NCBI RefSeq assembly: GCF_037042905.1
Contig: NC_087250.1
Location: 22,384,001 to 22,448,000 of the forward strand
Direction of reading: 5' to 3'
Length of the DNA: 64,000 bases
Source: Lytechinus pictus
Taxonomy: Eukaryota
A model generated the notes under the pieces. It was not told the origin of the DNA, did no database searches, and worked only from the letters and a program-made list of their open reading frames with translations. Of this stretch, positions 12,701 through 24,700 are shown piece by piece. The translations under genes were made by a program, and so were the position numbers. Each line of letters opens with the position of its first letter. Position 1 is the stretch's first letter.

Positions 12701-15700
12701 GCAGGACCATGTAATCCACCAGGTACGTAGAAATTCTCTCGACGTCATATTCGCACAGGCGAAACCGAATTTTTATCAAATCTATTACGTTATTTCCAAT
12801 GACATATATCGGTCGGTTTGGAGTCAGTTTGTGACTGTAGCAATAATGAAATACCCTAAATGGAAACAGTACAGTGAATAGTGACATTTGGAAAGAAAAA
12901 TGAACTTTCTACTTAAAAAATTGTTTTCAAGTAACATATATTTTGTTTTGTTGAATACTTAAAGATGCATCATCAGAAAAAGAAATTAACATGTGAAAGT
13001 AGGTTTTGTTAATTGTATTATATTACATGTAAAGATGTTTCGTATGGAGAGAAAGTTATGGTCTAAATGTATTTTATTAATTGCAATTTAAAAAAAGGAC
13101 ACTGTAACTTTGAGAATGGAATGTGCTCGTGGCAGAATCGAATTGGAGATAACTTGGACTGGGTGAGGATATCTAGGTCTACCAATGCAGATGGAACAGG
13201 GCCAGCATACGATCATACAATGGGAAATGATTTAGGTATGATTTAATTATGAAACATAATTCTATAGTTACAAAAATCAGTAATGTTTTCCATGTACATG
13301 TTTGTTTATAATTTTTGCATCATCTGTAGCTGATGCATGGATGCACAACGTAATATTTAGAAAAATTATGGATTTTCTTATCTTCTTCTTGTATTATTAG
13401 GTGGTCTGTCATGAATATGACAGATCACCTATTATATTCGTCAGAATTTACTTTATTTATTTTTATTGCCAAATCTTTGTCCACCTCTATCTCAAAATCG
13501 GGCATGTCAATTTCCTTGATTTTCATGTCATGTATGGGCATCATTATGGACATGGGAATGGAAACTTTTCAAGGTTATCAAATCATGATGACGTCATCTA
13601 GGCGCCATTTTGTAAAATTAAATGATTGATCATATCATCGCAACTAATCATCAAAAATCATCCATATTTGCATCATATCAAGTTCAGGTGACAGGTCATC
13701 AGGACATATCATCAGAGGTCATGCAAAGGTCACGACGCGCACGTACGCGCGCGTCAAAATTTTAAATTTCCCCAAATCGACCGTGGTCAAGTTTGGGTAC
13801 GTTTCTGGTCATTTTGAGCATGTCAAGAATTTGCGCGCGCACAGGTATGCGTGCGCGTTCTTGCACCTACCATCGTTATGCATCTTCGAGTCATCATTTC
13901 TTTCATGTCTTTCCATTGTTCATTATCTTCTGATTAATTTGATACCTCATTCAGCCTCTTACGACCAATAATACGGGAATGCGCGTCCATTCAAATTTGC
14001 ATTACGCGCGCGTAAATGGGCTAAAATATGCCTATATAAAATTCACTGTAGCTCTTCAGGGAGTCCGTTGACCCCAATTTTTCTTTTCATATTCGAATAG
14101 AGTATGAATAGGAGATATGATTTCATGCCACATTTGACTCTTAATTACATCGTGACGTCATCAAAATGGCGTCGGAACTAAGAACAAGTGTTTTCTGTTT
14201 CATGATGTCACCACAGTCATTTAAATTGATTTTAATTCCGTAAATCTTGGTCTGTTCTCGCCAAATTTTCAATATGTTTTAGCTTAGAATGTATCCTTTA
14301 GACAATATCTCCACTGTTTCATTTTAAAGCTTGTACTATTCTCAAAACTAGAATTTGTAGAGTTTTGTCATCATGCCAATTTGGAATTGCAAGAATGTAC
14401 ATTCAATGTCAAGTTGACAATATGTTTCCTATTTTGCTCTCTGTGCTTGTCGAACACACTGTGGCCGACTGGATAACACACCTGACTGGTATACCAGGGT
14501 TCGGTGGTTCAAACCTCGCTGGACCCCCTTTTTTTTTTTTTTTTTTTTTTGGTCCTTTTTAGGTGGTCTGTCATGAATATGACAGATCACCTATTATATT
14601 CGTCAGAATTTACTTTATTTATTTTTATTGCCAAATCTTTGTCCACCTCTATCTCAAAATCGGGCATGTCAATTTCCTTGATTTTCATGTCATGTATGGG
14701 CATCATTATGGACATGGGAATGGAAACTTTTCAAGGTTATCAAATCATGATGACGTCATCTAGGCGCCATTTTGTAAAATTAAATGATTGATCATATCAT
14801 CGCAACTAATCATCAAAAATCATCCATATTTGCATCATATCAAGTTCAGGTGACAGGTCATCAGGACATATCATCAGAGGTCATGCAAAGGTCACGACGC
14901 GCACGTACGCGCGCGTCAAAATTTTAAATTTCCCCAAATCGACCGTGGTCAAGTTTGGGTACGTTTCTGGTCATTTTGAGCATGTCAAGAATTTGCGCGC
15001 GCACAGGTATGCGTGCGCGTTCTTGCACCTACCATCGTTATGCATCTTCGAGTCATCATTTCTTTCATGTCTTTCCATTGTTCATTATCTTCTGATTAAT
15101 TTGATACCTCATTCAGCCTCTTACGACCAATAATACGGGAATGCGCGTCCATTCAAATTTGCATTACGCGCGCGTAAATGGGCTAAAATATGCCTATATA
15201 AAATTCACTGTAGCTCTTCAGGGAGTCCGTTGACCCCAAATTTTTTCTCACTCTTTTATATATTCAATATTTCATTTGGAGATTTTGTAATTACGTCAAT
15301 TTTAAGTTATTAGTGAAAATTACATATTTCCGCAACAAACGTCAATGACTTGATCGTATCTTCGTTTTTACTGGTCAGTTTTCTTCCAAATTTTGATATC
15401 GTATAGTGAAGACAATTCTCTACAAATAACGTGTGAATAATTTTGACTTTTGACCACAGCATCAATGTGTTATGATGTGTTTAAATTTTTGCAAATTTTT
15501 TCTGGACGTAATTTTTGAGAAATTCTTTAGAGAAATGTTTTATTAACCAATTGTACAGTCTTCCTGAAAATTTCAAGCCCACTTGCCTTGCATTTTTTTA
15601 TGTAGGACAATTTTTGTAATTTTGCCGGAACTTTTTAAGGGGCAATTTTAACATTGTAAAACATCATTTATGTATTTTTTAGTAAACGCTGCAATATTTA

Positions 15701-18700
15701 AACGCTATTGGGTTGAAAATTTTCATTCCGGACATTTTGCGGAAATTCCTGGATTTTTTTCTGTTTGTTCATTTTTACTTAATATAACATATAACAAATT
15801 TTCAGGTACCTTCTGTGAAATGAAAAAATTGTGCAATTTAGTTAATTACACATGTTCCCGAAATTTTGCGAGAAAATTGCCAGTATTTGAATCTTTTACC
15901 TGACTTTTTTTCAGTAAAAATCATCAAGAAAGAATTTTCAAGTAAATGTCAAAGTCATACACAATTAATAAATGGATATTGAAAATTTTTGACGGAAAAT
16001 ATTATTTGAAATGTTTAAAAATTTTCAGAAATTTGGCAAACATTTACAAAAAAATCTGGTTCTTTTATCAAATACATCACTCATGAGTTTTGAGGTGAAT
16101 GCTGTGAAATTATAGCATTATGAAACTTCTCATTAAAATCTATTGAAATGTAGCAGAAAATTTGAACAAAAATATTTAAGATATTTTAGCTTTTAAAAAG
16201 TATCACCTATGAATTTTCAAGTATTCTGTGAAATTAATACCCACTGACATTGTGAAATGTCAGTGGGTGAAATTAAAAAAAAAATGCTCAAAGTACAAAG
16301 AATTTTTAACAAGAATTTGCATAAAAAACATCAAACTGTCGATTAAAAATTAGCTGCTGTGAAAATTAAGGCGCCTTTCATTGCGCAATTTTGGAAAGCC
16401 AATTTCGGTAAAATCGTCTGAGATTTTTGGAGAGTTTTTAAGCCGGCATTTTACGTGCTCCTAACTTTATTCGTATTTAACATATTGCATTATCACCACC
16501 ATCATTATAATCATCACGATTGTCATCACTACATTTATAATCACATTTAGCAATGGTCAAAATTTATTCCTTTGATGTCTATGATCAAGATTATCAATCA
16601 TATCTGAATGATTCATTCCCGGGATTCATTTTATACAACATTAGCCGACAATGAATGAAAAATCATGACAGACCACCTAATTCGTCCGCATGACGAATTA
16701 AAATCTAGTTATTATAATCATTATTCTCCTTTGCCTCCTCTTCCTCTCTATCATCTTCATCAACTCTTTCATCATCTGCCTCACTTGTGTACCCTGTAGG
16801 TAAACACTTTATCCGCAAAATCCTTCTAATCCTTCTTCATTTCCTCTCGATAATTCTAGACATTGCAAGATTCACTTTTACTTCTTCACTTTTACTTCCT
16901 TCATTTTACTTCTTCCTATTCTAGGGTTCTACATGTTTGTAGATACGACCCCAGACACACTGACAATGGTCACTGGCGATACAGCCGATCTTTTCAGTGA
17001 GGTGTTTGATCCTGTAGATGAGGCTTGCTTTACTTTCTGGTATCACATCAGAGGAAATGGTAGGTCAGAGATCATTAATTTCTTTAGAATCTCTAGAATT
17101 ACGCTGTCTTTCTCTCCCAGCATTCACCGGCGCCCAATCTTTATTACTGTTATGACAATCCATCCTGTCTGAATTTGCTATGCATATATCATTGCTGATC
17201 TTGATTTGAAATTAAATAAATAGATAAATAATGCTTATTTGGATTCATTTGTGAAGAAAGAGCAAATCTTCGAAAATATTATGTTGCTGGGCGCACTATA
17301 ATGTATTGTCAGTAATCCTTTTTGTTTCATTTTTATGTTTTTTGTGTACATAGGCTTAGCATCATTGCTCGGTTCAACGCTTGACTTCTCTCCCCCATCA
17401 ACCCACACCCGTACTCAACAATTCAACGAGACTGGCGACCGCGGCGATGGCTGGCTGTATGGGCAGTTCAACGTATCTTCTGTGCTCGAATACCAGATCG
17501 TCATCAGCGCAGTGGTCGATCCTCTAACATGGATCGGTGACATCGCTATCGACGACACTGCATTGTTTCAGGGAGCTTGTGGAGGTATTTTATAGCGTTA
17601 TACTCCTTACTTAACTCATGTTTCGTTTCATTTTGTTAATATGTGTTACGTATTATGTAATTTTTCATTTCGTGGTGATGCCTTTAAGTTTAAAGTTATG
17701 GATTTTAGTTATTTGATGATATCCAGATTTTCAAACTAACACCAGTTTCATTAGAGAAATAATACTATTGAAAAACTACCATTTTGTGGAATCAGGTCAT
17801 ACAATGTCTACCTGGTAGTTATGAACAGGTACTCATTTCTTAATACCTTTATACACATGAACGGGATTCTCCTTACAAATGATTGGAAGACTAGCTTTCT
17901 ACCTTCAGTGCATTCAGAATAGAACAGACAAGGCATAATAATAAACTTGAACATGTCTACATGTAGGTGGCATGTCAAATTTGCAATGTAATGGTTCTAC
18001 ATAGCGAAGAATCACTAAACTTTCATTAGCCAATCAAGATATTTCTGGGATGTATGTGTTCTTCAATCGAGTGATCAGTAACCAATCAGAATTGATGTTT
18101 CAAAGTGGTGGTGGTTGACAAACCTTTGTGATACAGGACATTTATCTGATCTTAGTCATTTTCTCCATACCCTAGCAGTTAATCCAGATGTGCCTACTTA
18201 TGTATTTCATACCCACTCAGGCTTGTTGCCTGCTGTGCGTTTGCCGAGTAAAGTTATGGTTATAAAAGAATGAAATAATTTTCAGAAAACATGTTTCTTT
18301 TCTCACTAAATAATAGTTCACATGTACATGTTTGCTTCTTGAGTTTTCTGTAAAATGAATTAATTGTTTTTAAGGTTTGATTCTGAATGAAATATTTGTA
18401 TGAAAGAAAGAAAAATAAGAATTTCAGAAATTTCATTTCATATTTGCCACAGTACAACGTCCCTGGTCGTGTTCGTTTGAGGATGGTCTTTGTAACTACG
18501 AGCAGCTTAGTGATGATGAACTTGATTGGTCTTTCAATCAAGGATTGACGCCCTCTGTTGAAACCGGACCATCAGCAGATCATACAACTGGTCTTGGTAA
18601 ATTTGTTTAACTTTTGAAAACTAAGAGCTGAGAAACAGGGTGATTGTTTGGGATGAACAATCAATTGCCACCACTATCCCATCCTTTTTGCCTTTAATTT

Positions 18701-21700
18701 TCAAGAGCTCTATAATACAAACTCTTTTTATGATAATTATTACTTTTGATATATGAACTGCACTTTACCATCGATCAGTACCTTCTAAACAATATAATTG
18801 TTTTTTTATGCTATACAAAAGAATATTTTAATCCTTTATTTTAAAACGGCTATGGACATATGTGATTTGATGACCTTTATACTTACTGAATTTATTCAGT
18901 TGAATGTTGTATCAATAATAAATCCCCATTCACTTGTGTACAAGATTCACAATTAAAGAATTTGCATATTGAATAGAGAACACTATTGTTTTATTTTTTT
19001 CATGATTTGTACTTCTTCCTCTGACTCTCAACATTGTTTAAAAAATCTAAAATACAACCATCTTAATTCTTTTTAAACTGAATTCATTCATATGTGAATA
19101 GGTTAATCTATTGTTGTTCAAATATTTTGATTTTGATTTTGCTAATACGATGCCTCCAACAATACCTTTTTTAACAGTGACTGGTACTTATCTATTCATC
19201 GAGACAAGCACCGGTGCGCAGGGGGACGCTGCACGCCTGCGCAGTTCGTTCGCACCACCAAGCTCATACTGCCTCGAATTTTGGTACCACATGTATGGCG
19301 CCACCATCGGCTCACTGAATGTTTACATTCAAAACAACCAATCAACAGCCGGCTTACCTATTTGGACCAGATCTGGATCGCTTGGAAACAGCTGGACTAG
19401 GGGATCTGTAGCTATTGTAGATACTTATGCTTTCAGGGTAAGATATGAAACAATCTTTTCAAGAAAAGACGTTTTAGGCCCCCAAAATTAGATTTTGTTG
19501 ACATCCATTCTATAAAATTTCTCTTTGAATATGTCTCTTGTGAACATTGATATATGATGTTTGTTGGAGTTTTTGTCTCGCCTGCATAGCAGAGCAAGAA
19601 TATAGGCGCCGCTTTTCCGACGGCGGCGGCGGCGGCGTCAACATCAAATCTTAACCTAAGGTTAAGTTTTTGAAATGACATCATAACTTAGAAAGTATAT
19701 GGACCTAGTTCATGAAACTTGACCATAAGGTTAATCAAGTATTACTAAACATCCTGCCTGAGTTTCAGGTCACATGACCAAGGTCAAAGGTCATTTAGGG
19801 TCAATGAACTTAGACCATGTTGGGAAAATTATTTTCAAAATCTTAACCGAAGGTTAAGTTTTTGAAATGACATCATAACTTAGAAAGTATATGAACCTAG
19901 TTCATGAAACTTGGGCATAAGGTTAATCAAGTATTAGTAAACATCCTGCTTGAGTTTCAGGTCACGTGACCAAGGTCAATGTTCATTTAGGGTCAATGAA
20001 CTTTGGTCAAGTTGGGGGTATTTGTTGAATTACTATCATAACTTTGAAAATTTATGGATCTAGTCCATGAAACTTGGACATAAGGTTAATCAAGTATTAG
20101 TGAATATCCTGCCTGAGATTCAGGTCACATGACCAAGGTCAAAGGTCATTTAGGGTCAATGAACTTATGGCCAAGTTTGGGGTATTTGTTGAATTACCAT
20201 CATAACTTTGAAAATTTATGGATTTAGTTCATGAAACTTGGACATTAGGTTAATCAAGTACCACTGAATATCCTGTGCGAGTTTCAGGTCACATGACCAT
20301 GGTCAATGGTCATTTAAAGGTCAAGTCCACCCCAGTAAAATGTTGATTTGAATAAATAGGGAAAAATCAAACAAACATAATGCTCAAAATTTCATCAAAA
20401 TCGGATGTAAAATACAAAAGTTATGGCATTTTGAAGTTTCGCTTATTTTTCACAAAACAGTGATATGCACAACTCAGCGACATGCAAATGGGTTAGTCGA
20501 TGATGTCCGTCACTCACTATTTCTTTTGTTTTTTATTGTTTGAATTATACAATATTTCATTTTTTACATATTTGAAAATATGGACCACCTTGACTGAACC
20601 ATATAGTATTAAACAATGCTAATTCCACATGTTCAGGGAGGAATTAATAGTTGTTTCCCTTGACAATATAGAGAAAATTAGAATATTTCATATTTCACAT
20701 AATAAAATACAAAAGATATAGTGAGTGAATGACGTCATCAGTCTCCTCATTTGCATACCGACCAGGATGCAAATAACTGTTTTGTGAAAATAAGCGAAAT
20801 TTTAAAATATCATAACTTCCTTATTTTACGTCCGATTTTGATGAAATTTTCAGTGTTATGTTTGTTGGATTTTTCTCTTTTTATTCAAGTCAACTTTTTG
20901 TTGGGGTGGACTTGTCCTTTAAGGTCAATGAACTTTGGCCGTGTTGGGGGTATATGTTAAATTACCATCCTAACTCTGAAAGTTTATGGATCTAGTTCAT
21001 AAAACTTGGACATTAGGTTAATCAAGTATCACTGAACATCCTGTACGAGTTTCAGGTCACATGACCATGGTCAAAGGTCATTTAGGGTCAATGAACTTTG
21101 GCCAAGTTGGGGGTATTTGTTGAATTACCATCATAACTTTAAAAATTTATGGATTTAGTTCATAAAACTTGGACATTAGGTTAATCAAGTACCACTGAAT
21201 ATCCTGTGCGAGTTTCAGGTCACATGACCATGGTCAATGGTCATTTAAGGTCAATGAACTTTGGCCGTGTTGGGGGTATATGTTAAATTACCATCCTAAC
21301 TCTGAAAGTTTATGGATCTAGTTCATAAAACTTGGACATAAGAGTAATCAAGTATCACTGAACATCCTGTACGAGTTTCAGGTCACATGACCATGGTCAA
21401 AGGTCATTTAGGGTCAATGAACTTTGGCCAAGTTGGGGGTATTTGTTGAATTACCATAACTTTAAAAATGTATGGATTTAGTTCATGAAACTTTGACATT
21501 AGGTTAATCAAGTACCACTGAATATCCTGTGCGAGTTTCAGGTCACATGACCATGGTCAATGGTCATGTAAGGTCAATGAACTTTGGCCGTGTTGGGGGT
21601 ATTTGTTGAATTACCATCCTAACTCTGAAAGTTTATGGATCTAGTTCATAAAACTTGGGATATAAGAGTAATCAAGCATCACTGAATATCCCCTGTGAGT

Positions 21701-24700
21701 TTCAGGTCACAAAACCAAGTCAAAGGTCAGTTAAGGTCAATAAACTTAGGCCATGTTGGGTAATTGTTGAAGTGCCATCATAGCTTTGAAAGTTTAGGGA
21801 TAGAGTGAATGAAATGTGGACATGGGTGTAGTTGACAGTCTTAAGTCTCCGTTCAAATGTCATTTATGGTCAATGAACGTGGTATTATGTCATTATATGA
21901 ATGATGTTTTTGTTAATGATTATTTTATAGTAGTTTTCAAAGTTAGCACTGCTGCTGTATTAAATTGCGTAATGCAGGCGAGACTGCCAGAGGCGTTCCA
22001 CTTGTTTTATTATTATTCACTGTGTGCTACCTTATCACGCTTAGCATGATTTGTTGTTGTTGGAACAATTGTGTTTTTGCACAAAAGCAAGTAATTAGAC
22101 CTAGAAAGTAAAGTTTCTACTTTTTTTGCACCAACCATGATTCTAAGGGAAACTTGATATATATTTCAACTTTTATACTTCATGTATGTGCCTTTTCAGG
22201 TTTTCTTTCCCACCTAATAATTTTAAGGAAAGCTATTTCTCCTTTTTTCATTTTATTAAGATGGATTTCACGTATCCAATACTATGTCATATTTCTTCTA
22301 ATTCATTTGTATAAATGTCAACAAATACATTTTTCTGAAGGAGCAACTTACAAGACAAGCCTAAGCTTTTTTTAGTTGGTACCCATCTTTTATTTCAACC
22401 TTTGTACATTTTAGATCACAACATGCGAACATTAATAAAACAAATAAGTCAGTTATAAAGTACAACCAGGGTAGTTTGCAATAGTAATTCAATATTTTTA
22501 TTTCAGGTAATCTATGAAGCAGTGCGTGGATCGTCATTCACAGGTGACATAGCCCTAGATGACCTTGACCTGTATGAAGGAGATTGTAAAGGTGACTGAA
22601 CTATTTTCATTTGTTTCATTTATTTGATTTTCTCTGTATTATATCTACCATTGCACTCTATATGTAGACATCTGCGTATTTCGTTATTATGGGTTCGGTC
22701 GTTTAAAATTGTGATTAACTTCTTTTGTCCCCTAAAAAATTGTTATAAGCTAGTCACATATTTATACTTATCCCTCTGTTTTTATTTCAACATTTTTTTG
22801 TGTTTGTTTTGATATTGTACTTTTATCTTGCAATTTTTTTTTCTGGAAATGTTGAAGTAAACTTTAAACTTGTAAACAGTTAACATTACTGACACAAATT
22901 TTTGTTTGCATGATGGTGGTATTAAAGGAAACAAAAACTTAATGACTATGTGATCTACATGTATATACATGTACAGTCATTGCTCATTTGGACACCCGTT
23001 TTGCTTTGTATTTTCAATGGGCATACTCATGAGTACTTTGTAATATGCAATTATTCATGACAATTAACGTTTCTATGTGGGATTTAATATCATGGTGCAA
23101 TTAAAAACAATGAAAAATATTTGCACTATCTCATTGACTTGTCAGCAATAAAGCACAGTATATTTAGTCAAGTACTTCTTGCAGCCTGAAAAAATATATT
23201 CATATTCAATTATTTGCTTATTTTGGGAGGAAATGATTTTGAAATGTGGGGATAAAATATGAATAAAAATCATGCCTACACAAGTTGCAAGATGGCACGT
23301 TTTAAGTAAAATGAAATGAAATGATAAAGAAAATGCAGATTCTGAGTGTATAATTCGTCACTCTTCTACCCTTTTCAGCCGCCCATGCATGTGACTTCCA
23401 GTCCCCTGACCTATGTCAGTACACACAAGATGATACGGATGATTTTGATTGGTTGTGGGGTGACGGTAGTACGGACACGATCGGAACTGGCCCGGATGTA
23501 GATGCTACGTACGGTACAGTTTATGGTAGGTCAAGATTCGAGACAGCAAGCGGAGAGGGCATAAACACTTTACAGTGTCACTGGTGTTGCTGTTACGTCA
23601 CTTCAAGATTCAAGATTATTTGATTGATTCCAACAAAGAAATTGATCTTCCAATGGCTTTGAAATACATACCAGAACGATGTTGATTATAATGTATCAAA
23701 CAGAACATTTCAAGTGAATAAAATAACTTTCTGCAACACCTTATTACTTCTTTATAGACACAATATTATCCAAAAAGTAAGATATATGCATTCTGATCCC
23801 CCTCCCCCTCCAGAATACTTAACTTTGTAACAATATCCAGTATATATTTTAGTTCAGTTTTTATAAAATTTCAATTTTGGCATAATTTTACTCTTTTTAT
23901 ACAAACATGTATGGTTTCCCTACATTTAATGGATTTTTTTCAGTAGATTACCCCAAAACCATGCGTGAAGGTATTCTGATAATCAAACACTGGTTTAACT
24001 CTAAACTAAACAAGGTTTTGCTTTCAAACTTCTCATCCTGTCAATATCACCTTCTTTCGCTGTTTCCCGATATCATAGGAAAGTACATGTACATTGATGC
24101 CACGAACAGGAGTCTTGGAGACACAGCTAGGCTGATAGGACCTACATTCACCCCTGAACAATCCGGGATTACCTGTTGGACATTCTATTACAATATGTAT
24201 GGAGCAGATGTTTATACACTGGATGTTAAGGTAAACAATACTAGAATGTAAACACATTCTGAACAATTTTTTTTTAAAGATTTTATTAAAAAGCTTAGTG
24301 TAAATCCAATTGATATAATTTTCAGGTGTAATTTTTCTCCAGGCTTATTCACTTATATTTATATTCGATTTTGACCTGTAGCACTTGATCATTTCCTAAC
24401 AAGTTGTTTGACACACATGCTGTTAACAGTACCCTGTAGACAAAATTGAACTTCAGTTAAACATATTTTTTATTGGAAATCCAGATAGCACTGTTGATGA
24501 TTTGTGCAAATTTAAATGCAAAGGGAAATTATATTTTAACAACAGTTTGTGTCTGTTCTTTAATAAAAATGGCTTTGTTTGTGAGATACATAGTTATATA
24601 ATCAATTTTGTATAATCCTACTGAATGAATCGTGCACATTTACTTAAAGTATTTGAAATTTATGGTAAAATTAACCTACCTTAAAAATCAACATTGCAAA

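Larger units (their letters stand above)
19575..22006 (+). mobile_element. Second HINE/DINE-1-like element carrying a ~163-bp tandem array
   Basis: T-run|GTCTCGCCTGCAT (19575-19587) ... ATGCAGGCGAGAC (21972-21984), short weak hairpin, CTTGTTTT end; (GGC)n microsatellite near 5' end; ~10 internal tandem units. Confidence 0.7.

Noticed and set aside
13401..15133. Duplicated small ORFs (62-95 aa) in the ORF track
   Set aside because: They result from the 681-bp TE duplication and show no recognisable protein motifs.
19650..21800. Long repeat array as a CRISPR-like or coding repeat
   Set aside because: Units are contiguous with no spacers or ORF and sit inside a TE-like element.
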